40,000 nt of DNA from Paenibacillus sp. FSL R10-2734 (GTDB lineage: Bacteria > Bacillota > Bacilli > Paenibacillales > Paenibacillaceae): contig NZ_CP150170.1 in the NCBI RefSeq assembly GCF_037963865.1, positions 6,317,760 through 6,357,759 of the forward strand, written 5' to 3'. Below are positions 14,201-22,682 of the stretch, one piece after another. Both the position numbers and the translations under genes were made by a program. Below the pieces are notes generated by a model. That model saw nothing but the letters and a program-made list of their open reading frames with translations. It searched no databases and was not told the origin of the DNA. How positions within the stretch are numbered: position 1 is the first letter of the stretch; every line of letters starts with the position of its first letter.

Positions 14201-14228
14201 AAAATAACCCCACCAACGCCCGGCATGG
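14201..14228 (-). terminator. Minus-strand hairpin plus U7 tract upstream of the lipase gene promoter region
   Basis: Minus strand CCATGCC-GGGCGTT-GGTGGGG then TTATTTTTTTG. Followed by TTGACT, a possible -35 for the lipase operon. Confidence 0.5.
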
Positions 14229-14393
14229 TCCATATCTTTATCACCAGGGAGTTATGTGATTACTATAATCCTCTTAGCTTAAATAAGTATGAAACCATTT
14301 GCTAAATTTTTATTATTGAAACCGATCAAACAAAGTAACGTATCAATCTTAATTTCCAAGTTACTACATATACAAAATGGAGGTGTGTATAAA

Positions 14394-14609
14394 ATGAAGT
14401 TGTTCAGTCTATTGCTTGTAGCATTATCTGCCATTGTAGTAGTTGCCACATTCGGATTTTCAACATTCAGCGTAGTCACAGGTATAGTAGGAGGGCTTAT
14501 TGCAGCATTTGCGATTGCAGGCTACTTGCAGTCTGTCAGACGTGATTATCCACTTAAGGGCTATGAGAACAAACAAGTTAAGTATCAATCGAACTATAAT
14601 ACGTGGTAA
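14394..14609 (+). CDS. 71-aa two-TM membrane protein, opposite orientation to all neighbours
   Basis: RBS GGAGGTG lies 8 nt upstream of the ATG at 14394. MKLFSLLLVALSAIVVVATFGFSTFSVVTGIVGGLIAAFAIAGYL then a polar tail. The N-terminal extension of the track ORF lacks an RBS. Confidence 0.55.
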   Translation: MKLFSLLLVALSAIVVVATFGFSTFSVVTGIVGGLIAAFAIAGYLQSVRRDYPLKGYENKQVKYQSNYNTW

Positions 14610-14611
14610 GC

Positions 14612-14645
14612 AAAAGCCCCGCCATAAACTGGTGGGGCTTTTCAT
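14612..14645. terminator. Bidirectional terminator shared by 14394-14609 and the endolysin gene
   Basis: AAAAGCCCCGCCA-TAAAC-TGGTGGGGCTTTT. Confidence 0.8.
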
Positions 14646-14664
14646 ATTCCCAAACGCTTAGGAA

Positions 14665-15399
14665 TTACTTTGTGATATTAACAGTCTTTGTTTCTGCGTC
14701 ATATACAACCGTAGCTCCTAGAGCCTCCGCTACAGCTCGCGCAGGTGTAAAGGTTGAGCCATTATCAATCACTCCATCAGCTACCTTCTTGCCGTTTACG
14801 TTGACTGTCACTGTTACATCTTTATTCACTGATGCCGCCTCCTTCTTTTTCAGCCCTAGGTACTTTGCAATCCCGGTCACGTGACCATCAATGATTGCTT
14901 GGATAACCACATCTTTTTTGAGTTTGGCAGCGTCGGTTGCCACATCCAAAAACAAATTTTCTGTCAGTACTGCTGGCATTTTACTCTCTCGCACCATGTG
15001 CAGGTTTTTTGCCTTTTGTCCCCGGTCGATCACGCCAACAGCAACCTTATTGAGCATGTACATAATCTCCTTGTGTAGGACGTTTTGTAGTGCTGGCGAT
15101 GCGGCTGAGGCTTTTGTATATCTAAAGGTTTCAAAGCCACCAGAGCCGCCACCAGCGTTACAGTGGATGGACACTAGGAGATCAGCGCCCGCTTTGTTAG
15201 CTAGATCCGTGCGCTCCTTTAATTCCAGAAACACATCTGAACTACGGGATAGTAACACCTGAACTCCATCATAATTTGTCTCAAGTCTCTTTTTAATCTC
15301 CAAAGCCACTGGCAGTGCGATGTCTTTCTCTTTCAAACCATTTACAACTGCTCCTGGATCCTTACCACCATGCCCTGCGTCGATCCATACCTTCTTCAT
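14665..15399 (-). CDS. Endolysin: N-acetylmuramoyl-L-alanine amidase (Amidase_3) with C-terminal copper-amine-oxidase-N-like wall-binding domain
   Basis: MKKVWIDAGHGGKDPGAV...SIHCNAGGG...TENLFLD matches Amidase_3. The C-terminus VNGKKVADGVIDNGSTFTPARAVAEALGATVVYDAETKTVNI matches the wall-binding domain. Last gene of the lysis cassette. Confidence 0.85.
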   Translation of the reverse strand: MKKVWIDAGHGGKDPGAVVNGLKEKDIALPVALEIKKRLETNYDGVQVLLSRSSDVFLELKERTDLANKAGADLLVSIHCNAGGGSGGFETFRYTKASAASPALQNVLHKEIMYMLNKVAVGVIDRGQKAKNLHMVRESKMPAVLTENLFLDVATDAAKLKKDVVIQAIIDGHVTGIAKYLGLKKKEAASVNKDVTVTVNVNGKKVADGVIDNGSTFTPARAVAEALGATVVYDAETKTVNITK

Positions 15400-15665
15400 T
15401 ATTCTTCACCACTTTTCTTTGCTTGCTTGACCAGTTGGTTACCATATACAGCCACAGCACCACACAAGATACCCTGTATAAAGCTTGTAATAACAAACCC
15501 TAACATCAGTACAGCAAATACGATGGCCACCAGCGTAACAATGTACACAATACTCCAGTCCGGTACTTTTGGCGTTTGTTTTAACCAATAACCGATGATC
15601 CAACAAGCTACGACAACAACCAATAATTCAGGATTAATAAACTCCATAACTGCATTCCATTCCAT
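15399..15665 (-). CDS. Phage holin (A118 Hol118-like, 3 TM)
   Basis: MEWNAVMEFINPELLVVVVACWIIGYWLKQTPKVPDWSIVYIVTLVAIVFAV...charged tail. RBS GGAAGGTGG lies 8 nt before the ATG at 15665; the track GTG at 15677 is too close to the RBS. TAATG overlap with the amidase gene. Confidence 0.75.
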   Translation of the reverse strand: MEWNAVMEFINPELLVVVVACWIIGYWLKQTPKVPDWSIVYIVTLVAIVFAVLMLGFVITSFIQGILCGAVAVYGNQLVKQAKKSGEE

Positions 15666-15666
15666 A

Positions 15667-15918
15667 TTAATTTCCACCTTCCATAGTAAATTTTATGATT
15701 GCCAATATAACGGCTCCGACTATAGTGGTCCCTAACCAAAAGATTGTTTTGTCGATTTTGTCTAATCTGTGGTGGGCTGACCTTGCAGAAGATAATGCCT
15801 CTACAGCTGTTTCGTTGGCCGTAATCGCACGATCTAATTTTTTATCCATTTCATTTACTTTCGTTTCTACTCTCGTTATCCGTTGCAAAACCTCGGATTG
15901 TTCCATGCCCATCCCCAT
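15667..15918 (-). CDS. xhlA: XhlA-like lysis-associated membrane protein
   Basis: Coiled-coil (RITRVETKVNEMDKKLDRAI...HHRLDKIDK) plus C-terminal TM segment. Sits upstream of the holin as in PBSX. Confidence 0.75.
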   Translation of the reverse strand: MGMGMEQSEVLQRITRVETKVNEMDKKLDRAITANETAVEALSSARSAHHRLDKIDKTIFWLGTTIVGAVILAIIKFTMEGGN

Positions 15919-15975
15919 TCCCCCTCAACATAAATAGCCCCCGTAATAGCTACGAGGGCAAAATAAAAACGCCTA

Positions 15976-16107
15976 CTATTCGGCGCTATCAGTAATCTCT
16001 TCAGCTTGTTTATCCGTTATCTTTTTGGCGGTAACAAATATTTGCACTTGAGCAACAGTGTAATAACCTGCATTGTAATAGCGTTTAATTGTCGCATACC
16101 AGTCCAT
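15976..16107 (-). CDS. xkdX: XkdX-family small phage protein (43 aa)
   Basis: MDWYATIKRYYNAGYYTVAQVQIFVTAKKITDKQAEEITDSAE. TAATG overlap with the xkdW-like gene. Below the ORF-track cutoff. Confidence 0.7.
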   Translation of the reverse strand: MDWYATIKRYYNAGYYTVAQVQIFVTAKKITDKQAEEITDSAE

Positions 16108-16592
16108 TAGTCCACACCTCCCTGTACGATCATGAGCAACATATCGGCTGCGTTTTTATCTGCTAAATCCTGACGAGCTTGGGCTTGTGCTATCTCAAGT
16201 AGTAGTGCCGCGTTATCGGCTCGCAGTTGCTCGGTATCGGTCAGCTCCGGGGGTTTATTAGCTTCGGCTTCCTGGTACGCCACCCATGCAGCTTGTAACT
16301 CTTCTTCTGTCGGTTGCGGCTCGTCCAGATTCCAAGCGGCGATAAACTGCCCACGCGATACAATATCGTAGTCAACGCCCTCTACTAGTCGATTAAAGTC
16401 CACTACATAACGATAATGCACGCCCTCCACTAGCTCAGTTTCGTCTTCTTCAAGTGGTCGGATCTCGTAGCGCGTCTGTCCGTCTACACCTTCACGCAAT
16501 ACAGGCTCAGGTCCATTGTTTTGCACCATAAAATCGTGTATTGGATTAGCATTTGGGTATAGATGCATAATTGCTTGTGCTATGTTCATCAT
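16107..16592 (-). CDS. xkdW: XkdW-like phage tail-associated protein
   Basis: MMNIAQAIMHLYPNANPIHDF...AAWNLDEPQPTEEELQAAW pattern typical of XkdW. Position after the fibre gene. Confidence 0.7.
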   Translation of the reverse strand: MMNIAQAIMHLYPNANPIHDFMVQNNGPEPVLREGVDGQTRYEIRPLEEDETELVEGVHYRYVVDFNRLVEGVDYDIVSRGQFIAAWNLDEPQPTEEELQAAWVAYQEAEANKPPELTDTEQLRADNAALLLEIAQAQARQDLADKNAADMLLMIVQGGVD

Positions 16593-16601
16593 AATTCCTC
16601 C

Positions 16602-17543
16602 TTATGCTATTCTAACAATACTTGCGTGAGTATACGTATCTTCATTAGTAATACTTCCGGCAGAAGGGGAGAGGACGAAGATTTCAACCGTCATCCCTGC
16701 GTCCAATGAAAATTGATAAGAGCCTGCGATGGTGATGAGGGTTTGCCCCGCCCTAATAATCCCATCTGCAAGTTGAGAATTTAAACCGCCATTTATCGCA
16801 AAAAAACCTACTGCGTTTTGTATTGAGGAAGAAGTGGCTACCCTGAATCCAAACCGTGCCGAAACTATATATATTCCTGTTTCTGGAACCAAGAATCGCG
16901 AATTCATCAAGTCACAAACGCCTTTTTGGTCTGCGGTCTTATTCGACCAAAGAATCTTCGTTAAAGTATTTGCTGAGATATTCTGCCTTTCCGTAGCTGC
17001 AGATCTGGAGAGTTCTCCGGCTGCCCGCATTGAGGCTGTATTATCTCCCCAAGGTTTAATAACGCCATCTAATTTAGCTTTATCTGCCGGAGGTAGGAGT
17101 CCAGCAGTTGACGATGTTGCAAGGGCTGTGGAAGCTTTGGCATTAAGTTGTGTTTGTATGACACTAGTTACCCCATCCAAATATCCGAACTCTGCATTAG
17201 ATACTGCCCCGGTCCCGATCTTGGAAGCATCAATCCCGGCTGCAGCATTAATATCCGCATTTACAATCACCCCTGCCGCGATAGCTGTAACCCCATCACC
17301 TGTGCTGGTAATATCTCCGGTATGGTTTGGATGCGTGTAGTTATTCGCACCTGTTGCGATACCCGCCAGCTTTGTTTTCTCAGGTGTTGTGTAATCGTTG
17401 GTAGACAGTTGTTTGCCAGTAACTTTATCAACCTTGCCATTAACGGCATTATCCAAGATATCCATATTTCCGTTCAGATCGGCTATATCAACGATATCTG
17501 TTCCCTCGGGCTTCTTTAAGCCCAAATTTCCTGTGGTTTGCAT
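16602..17543 (-). CDS. Tail fibre protein (XkdV position) with C1q/TNF-like C-terminal domain
   Basis: N-terminus NLGLKKPEGTDIVDIADLNGNMDILD and LSTNDYT..EKTKL repeats are typical of phage fibres. The C-terminus ETGIYIVSARFGFRV...AGMTVEIFV resembles a C1q jelly-roll. Confidence 0.7.
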   Translation of the reverse strand: MQTTGNLGLKKPEGTDIVDIADLNGNMDILDNAVNGKVDKVTGKQLSTNDYTTPEKTKLAGIATGANNYTHPNHTGDITSTGDGVTAIAAGVIVNADINAAAGIDASKIGTGAVSNAEFGYLDGVTSVIQTQLNAKASTALATSSTAGLLPPADKAKLDGVIKPWGDNTASMRAAGELSRSAATERQNISANTLTKILWSNKTADQKGVCDLMNSRFLVPETGIYIVSARFGFRVATSSSIQNAVGFFAINGGLNSQLADGIIRAGQTLITIAGSYQFSLDAGMTVEIFVLSPSAGSITNEDTYTHASIVRIA

Positions 17544-17554
17544 GTGTCACTCTC

Positions 17555-18163
17555 CTATCCAAAAGTTCTTAAGTCGTTCCATGTGCCAGTGCCAGCAGTA
17601 TTCCAAGTTAACGTTTTAAGTGAATCCCAGAAGGTATACGTATAAGCAAACTCATACGCTAAGTGTGCCGGCTTAATTTCATCGATTATCTGAATTAGTC
17701 CAGCCATATTCGGTGGGATACCTAGAATGCCTATGAATCGAACGATGAATCGGTATTCACCTGGAACTTCCTCTACAGATACATCCCCACCAGCAAATGC
17801 CGATGCAGTTCGTTGTATCATTTCAGGTGTCGTTGTCCCCGTACCTCGCCGCTTAGCTCTAATCATTTCACGTCTACTCTCGTAAGACTTTGATGGATCC
17901 GAACTTAATCCAAGTTCGGTCTCCCAACGCGAAAGGCTCCATGTTGCAGTTTCAACATAAGCCTGGTCTAGCACGTCCTGCACCCCTATAGTTAAACCGT
18001 GTATCTCAATACCTAATGATTTCTGCAGTTCTTCTATTTCTTGTACGCCTCTGTAATAGGCAGGTAAGTATTTCATAAGATCGATCGTATCTAAATCGCC
18101 AATATCCTCTATTTCATCAGCAGAGAAAAGAAGATTGCTATATGAAGAGTCTCCGTATTTCAA
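17555..18163 (-). CDS. xkdU: XkdU/YmfQ-like (DUF2313) baseplate/tail-fibre-associated protein
   Basis: LMKYLPAYYRGVQEIEELQKSLGIE...LSRWETELGL motif. Confidence 0.7.
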   Translation of the reverse strand: MKYGDSSYSNLLFSADEIEDIGDLDTIDLMKYLPAYYRGVQEIEELQKSLGIEIHGLTIGVQDVLDQAYVETATWSLSRWETELGLSSDPSKSYESRREMIRAKRRGTGTTTPEMIQRTASAFAGGDVSVEEVPGEYRFIVRFIGILGIPPNMAGLIQIIDEIKPAHLAYEFAYTYTFWDSLKTLTWNTAGTGTWNDLRTFG

Positions 18164-18166
18164 GGA

Positions 18167-18505
18167 TCACACCCCCTTCAATTGGTTCCATGTTACCGGA
18201 CCCTTACCCATGTATTCAGAGTGCGTATGTGATGATGGAGGATACGTTGCTGGTTTTCCTGAAACGCCAGACCAAGGAACAGCATCAGCAATGGCAGCGT
18301 AATCCACTTTACCGTCATTGTTTGTATCATAGATACTTTTAAGCATATCTCCTGAGCTTTGAGCAGCTACCAGTAACACATTGCCGGTAGTTGTACCGAT
18401 GTACAGTTTGCTTGTATCGGTACAATAACCAAGCTCACCGACAGCCAACGTTCCGATTGCATTTTCCAAACCTCGTCGGATCTGGATCATTACTTTTCTA
18501 GCCAT
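18167..18505 (-). CDS. Short tail-fibre-like protein (Mtd/HylP-type N-terminal motif plus DxNxDGKVD Ca-binding-like loop)
   Basis: IQIRRGLENAIGTLAVGELGYCTDTSKLYIGT shares the N-terminal motif with 18517-19539. Also contains DTNNDGKVD. Confidence 0.55.
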   Translation of the reverse strand: MARKVMIQIRRGLENAIGTLAVGELGYCTDTSKLYIGTTTGNVLLVAAQSSGDMLKSIYDTNNDGKVDYAAIADAVPWSGVSGKPATYPPSSHTHSEYMGKGPVTWNQLKGV

Positions 18506-18516
18506 TACCTCGCCCC

Positions 18517-19539
18517 CTAAAACGTACCGCCGTCAATCATTGCCACCGTGAGTTTATTTCCATTGGCTGTATCGTAGACAATACTAGAGTTATCTATGTT
18601 AGCCTCGATTCCTGTTGCGTTAACAATAATGCCTTTACCCGGTTTAGCAGCCACGGTAGTGGAATCTACAACGACCCCGTTTCCAGCTCCTACTGTTAAT
18701 GTAACAGTATCTGACTGACCACCACCGGTTAGGCCGTTACCCGCCGTAATCGTCTGGAGTGCGCCACCAGTTCGAACCCAAGCTGTACCATTCCAACTGT
18801 AGATCTTTTGCTCGTCGTCCACATATGCAGTCCATCCTATAGCAGGGGTATAGTAAGCCCACACTCCGGATTGAAACTCTGCAATTTGATTTGTTTTCCC
18901 CGCCCATGCCCCTGTCGCTGATGCTGGAATAATATAACGGTCAGCTTCTGCCGGACTTGCCGGAGGGGCCAATAAATGTTGGTCTTTTACAGACGCTTGT
19001 GGTTCGATATTATGTTTTGCTAATTCGATTTCATTTTTGATTTTTTGTGCTGACCAGATATCGGTAATGGCTGTACCAGAATCATTAATGACTCGGTGTT
19101 TAGCTGCATCGTCAATATGGTTTTTAATCTCAGCGGCAGTTTTAGTATTCGTTCCATCTGACACCTTATTGATATGCCCTGCACTGACATCAGCCTTTAA
19201 TACCTTTGCATAAGTAGCGCCATCCGCTATATTATCAAGCGAACCCGTTAAATCACTGAGGGCTTGAGAATTCACTCGCCGCCAAGCTATGCCATCATCA
19301 AAGTATAAGTATCCGTTATTTGCTCCGCTCGTTACATAAAACAGACGTCCGACCGATGCCGCCACCGGACGTGAAGCCTCTGCACCTGATAAAGCTCGCC
19401 CAACCATTGAGTTGGTAGTCCCATCTCCGATATATATTTCCTTCGTGTCTGAACAAAAACCCATCTCACCAGCAAGCAATGCGCCATAAGTACTGAGTTG
19501 AGCTTTTGTACCACGTTTTATTTGTATCGTCTGCGCCAT
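18517..19539 (-). CDS. Tail fibre / receptor-binding protein
   Basis: IQIKRGTKAQLSTYGALLAGEMGFCSDTKEIYIGDG N-terminal motif and a Gly/Thr-rich beta-helical-looking C-terminus. Confidence 0.65.
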   Translation of the reverse strand: MAQTIQIKRGTKAQLSTYGALLAGEMGFCSDTKEIYIGDGTTNSMVGRALSGAEASRPVAASVGRLFYVTSGANNGYLYFDDGIAWRRVNSQALSDLTGSLDNIADGATYAKVLKADVSAGHINKVSDGTNTKTAAEIKNHIDDAAKHRVINDSGTAITDIWSAQKIKNEIELAKHNIEPQASVKDQHLLAPPASPAEADRYIIPASATGAWAGKTNQIAEFQSGVWAYYTPAIGWTAYVDDEQKIYSWNGTAWVRTGGALQTITAGNGLTGGGQSDTVTLTVGAGNGVVVDSTTVAAKPGKGIIVNATGIEANIDNSSIVYDTANGNKLTVAMIDGGTF

Positions 19540-19540
19540 C

Positions 19541-19954
19541 TTACACCCCTCTCATAAATGAACCGCCGTCTATCAGCCCACTCGATTTATACCTTTCCAC
19601 CTCTGTTTGTGTGGCTGTTACTGCTTTCTGTAGCGCATTAATATCGTCTGCTTCTACGGTATCACCTGGAGTCTCATAGGTTACGTAAACTTCAGCAGCT
19701 CCACTAAATATCTTAATTAACCTACACCATGGTGTATCACTTGGAATGGTTAAGGTCCAGTTTGTCAATTTATCCCCCGTCAATTTACTCCCACTATAGA
19801 CTTGGACAGTAGTGTTATTGATATTATCGTGATTCAGGAACCCCTCATAAACGCCTGCAACAAGTGTTATCCGTTCTTCAATGACATAATTGTTTCCTGT
19901 TGGATTTTTGTTCAGCTTTTCCTGAAAAACATCAATTTTACTCGGATAGGCCAT
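19541..19954 (-). CDS. Hypothetical phage tail/baseplate-associated protein
   Basis: Tightly packed between the baseplate J and fibre genes. No recognised motif. Confidence 0.45.
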   Translation of the reverse strand: MAYPSKIDVFQEKLNKNPTGNNYVIEERITLVAGVYEGFLNHDNINNTTVQVYSGSKLTGDKLTNWTLTIPSDTPWCRLIKIFSGAAEVYVTYETPGDTVEADDINALQKAVTATQTEVERYKSSGLIDGGSFMRGV

Positions 19955-19955
19955 G

Positions 19956-21020
19956 TTACACCCCCAATTCTACAGTACCGATCACTGGCACCTCTTCTTC
20001 GGAAAGAACAATGTTCCCAGCAGCTCCATTGAGCAGCAACCCAACATAATCAATAACCCCGTCAGTGCCTAAAAGGATTGATCCAATTACGGCCTGACTT
20101 ACATAAGTAGATACAAATGATGCCGACTTACGCCAAGCTTCCAAGCGCTCCAAAAAGGAATTCTTTACACCTTGCAAGCTATAACCAGGTGCCAAGGTTA
20201 CCTTAGCTGATATATTGATAGTTTTACCGATTGCCGAAGTAACTGTGACTACTGCCCCAATAGGCGCCTGCCCTTCACCTTTCCCTGCGGCTGGATCGAT
20301 ATAGTCTTGTACTTGATTTACAAGAACGCTTGAGGCTGGAGCGCCTTCTGTATTTATAATGACAACTTTTACGCTCTTCGGACCCGACCATAATGGAAAT
20401 ACACGAGCGCCGCCCACTCCAGAAACTTCAAGAGCCCATTCAATGTAATGATATTTGTTTCCGCTGGTCGCTGGACGTCTGGCAGAATCAAGGTACCGCC
20501 GCCTTAACATATCGTCAGTCTCCTTATCAGTCCCGGGGACAAGTAACTCTTTCAATTCAGCTCTTGCTAGATTATTAACAAAATCGATAGGAATTAAGAC
20601 ACCGAAATGCTGATTTCCCGCAATTCCTTCAACCTCTGCTTCAAGGCGATACTCCCCTAAAGAGAGTCGAGAAATTACTTTATAGTTGATTGCACCAATG
20701 GCGAAGCGACTACCAATTGGAATATCCATTAAGGTGTTAGCTGCGTTATAAAACAGCCCTCGGAGTTGCGCTTTTGTCGCCTTCTTGCGAGTCACACCGG
20801 ACCATGCGATGGATCTATCCAGATAATCGCCACTAGCTGTATCAGCAAATATTAAATTCGCGTTAATATCTAGCTCAACATACATCTGAGCCAACTCCAT
20901 TGCCGCCGGAGCCATGGCATCATAAATAATACTGCCTTCTCGCTTGTCCAGCCCATCCGGCACCCGATCTAGCATTCGTTCTAAGATAGTTTCAAACGTT
21001 TGGCCCTCATACACCGCCAC
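19956..21020 (-). CDS. xkdT: Baseplate J-like protein (XkdT-like)
   Basis: MAVYEGQTFETILERMLDRVPDGLDKREGSIIYDAMAPAA is a typical baseplate J N-terminus. Synteny supports the call. Confidence 0.8.
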   Translation of the reverse strand: MAVYEGQTFETILERMLDRVPDGLDKREGSIIYDAMAPAAMELAQMYVELDINANLIFADTASGDYLDRSIAWSGVTRKKATKAQLRGLFYNAANTLMDIPIGSRFAIGAINYKVISRLSLGEYRLEAEVEGIAGNQHFGVLIPIDFVNNLARAELKELLVPGTDKETDDMLRRRYLDSARRPATSGNKYHYIEWALEVSGVGGARVFPLWSGPKSVKVVIINTEGAPASSVLVNQVQDYIDPAAGKGEGQAPIGAVVTVTSAIGKTINISAKVTLAPGYSLQGVKNSFLERLEAWRKSASFVSTYVSQAVIGSILLGTDGVIDYVGLLLNGAAGNIVLSEEEVPVIGTVELGV

Positions 21021-21420
21021 TCACCTCCAATCGGTCTGTATAGTTTCCATAGTCGCTCTCTACGTCAAACAAGACGAGTGAAGCATCGCCATCATAGGTA
21101 AATCTAAAGTTGGTTACGGAAACGATACGATCATCCTGGAGTAACGCTTCCCTAGTCCAGCGTTCCACTTCGGTTTCAAATACCGCCCGGCCCCGCACCA
21201 CTCCAACATCTGCCTCACTACCGTAATTGTCACTGTAAATCAGGTTTACAAATCGGATTGTTGAGAGTGTTTTTATAACTGCCTGTTTTACGGCATCCAA
21301 CCCATCCACTATCACGGATCCTACACGTCCATTTACAAGGTCTAATTTATAGGTGAGGCTTGGTTGGGGCGTATCCTCCATGTCCTCATTTAGCAGTACA
21401 TTGTCGCTCTGTGGTATCAA
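21007..21420 (-). CDS. xkdS: XkdS-like (DUF2634) baseplate protein
   Basis: Size, PSLTYKLD motif and position between the xkdR-like and xkdT-like genes. Confidence 0.65.
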   Translation of the reverse strand: MIPQSDNVLLNEDMEDTPQPSLTYKLDLVNGRVGSVIVDGLDAVKQAVIKTLSTIRFVNLIYSDNYGSEADVGVVRGRAVFETEVERWTREALLQDDRIVSVTNFRFTYDGDASLVLFDVESDYGNYTDRLEVSGGV

Positions 21421-21710
21421 TTACTCACCACCCTATCCATAATCACATAGCGTTGGCCGCCTTGCATCCGGATAAGAAGGAGCTTGTCACCGGCTACCAA
21501 GGGCTTTCTGATCTCATATTCAGTTGACCCTATAGCTAATTTAAATTCTGCAAGTGTCTCCGGAACAATTAAAAAACCCTCTGAAAGCGATAGCCGATTA
21601 TCGACTAGCACCTCAAGAGGATTATCATTTGTTACGATTCCAAGTTGCACCTGAACCGGACCTGCAGCTTCTACTGCTTCCTGAGCAGCCCGCTTAATTG
21701 CTTCCAGCAT
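21417..21710 (-). CDS. xkdR: XkdR-like (DUF2577) protein
   Basis: 97 aa with overlapping start and stop. Synteny with PBSX. Confidence 0.6.
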   Translation of the reverse strand: MLEAIKRAAQEAVEAAGPVQVQLGIVTNDNPLEVLVDNRLSLSEGFLIVPETLAEFKLAIGSTEYEIRKPLVAGDKLLLIRMQGGQRYVIMDRVVSN

Positions 21711-21712
21711 AA

Positions 21713-22678
21713 TTACACCAGCCTTAATTCGAGGTCCATAGTATGTATGCCACCTTCTTTTGAATGGCTACACTCATCGACCAAGAAGAATTTATTAATG
21801 TTCATCGCCTTAATATATAGATTCACGTAGCAGCCGGCTCTCATCCGATAATCTCCAAGAGCCTCTATGCTAAGTGTTCGTTTTTCTCGATTCTTCATAA
21901 ACAGTTGCTGTACCAGTTGTTCTGTAATCTGAGCCTGATTCAGCTTCTCATCAACACTCTGGTATAACTGCAACAAACCCCACTTCGCTATACTGGCACT
22001 GTCTTTGGTGACGAAAGTTTCTCTCTTACCCGTCTCCTTGTTGTCCCGGTACAAAACAATTTGATTGTATGTCTCATCGTCTATGTTGCGACTGTAAGAG
22101 TAATCTGTCATAAGTGAATCATCACCCACCACAAAAGGAAAACGCATATTGGAAACATTACGTATCGTCAAGCTCCCGAAATCGTCGAAAAATACGAAGT
22201 TGGTCCCGTAATTGATCAACGTCTCATCTAACGCCATGCAGATCATATCGATAAACGTTTTGTCGTCGCGGATCTGAGAAGGAATAATGTATTTTGTATC
22301 TTCCAGCATCCCGGTCTTGAGCTGCATGTCTTGAGCAATCTTTTGAACTACCTGAGTTGCTGTCTGTTTCGTAAATACATAAGTTCCGCTATTCATTAAA
22401 TACCTGACCTGATCATAGGCCAAGATACTTACTTCCTCAGACTTACCATCATCAATATTAAAAATGTAACCGTAAAAGACCCTTTGTCCCTCGTCCATGT
22501 ACCGTACAACATCACCATTGTTCAACTGGAACTTTTTATCTTGCCATGGTCCACGGTCTACAAGGGTAAATTCTAGTGATGCTGCCTTTCCAATACGAAC
22601 CGTCTTCCAAGATATATCAGTAACGATGCTGGATACATCCCAGATGGATCCATTTTTATTATCGATCAATAATTCCAT
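21713..22678 (-). CDS. xkdQ: XkdQ/YqbQ-family late control/baseplate hub-like protein
   Basis: MELLIDNKNGSIWDVSSIVTDISWKT... typical N-terminus. Synteny supports the call. Confidence 0.7.
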   Translation of the reverse strand: MELLIDNKNGSIWDVSSIVTDISWKTVRIGKAASLEFTLVDRGPWQDKKFQLNNGDVVRYMDEGQRVFYGYIFNIDDGKSEEVSILAYDQVRYLMNSGTYVFTKQTATQVVQKIAQDMQLKTGMLEDTKYIIPSQIRDDKTFIDMICMALDETLINYGTNFVFFDDFGSLTIRNVSNMRFPFVVGDDSLMTDYSYSRNIDDETYNQIVLYRDNKETGKRETFVTKDSASIAKWGLLQLYQSVDEKLNQAQITEQLVQQLFMKNREKRTLSIEALGDYRMRAGCYVNLYIKAMNINKFFLVDECSHSKEGGIHTMDLELRLV

Positions 22679-22682
22679 GTAA

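Noticed and set aside
1691-14645. Integrase, transposase or recombinase genes that would make the accessory island an independent mobile element
   Set aside because: None of the ORFs shows tyrosine or serine recombinase or DDE transposase motifs. The island is therefore treated as cargo of the prophage, not as a separate element.
14279-14884. Track ORFs 14279-14479(-), 14460-14645(-) and 14603-14884(+)
   Set aside because: They are antisense to, or overlap, the better-supported 71-aa gene and the amidase gene, and they cross the bidirectional terminator. No RBS.
14891-17519. Long antisense ORFs within phage genes (14891-15262, 16834-17340 at 168 aa, 17148-17519, and similar ones at 24744-25706, 33709-34356, 37057-37359)
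   Set aside because: All lie opposite well-supported, tightly packed structural genes. They are rich in Ser/Pro/Cys/Leu low-complexity sequence, as typical for antisense frames, and have no SD sequences.
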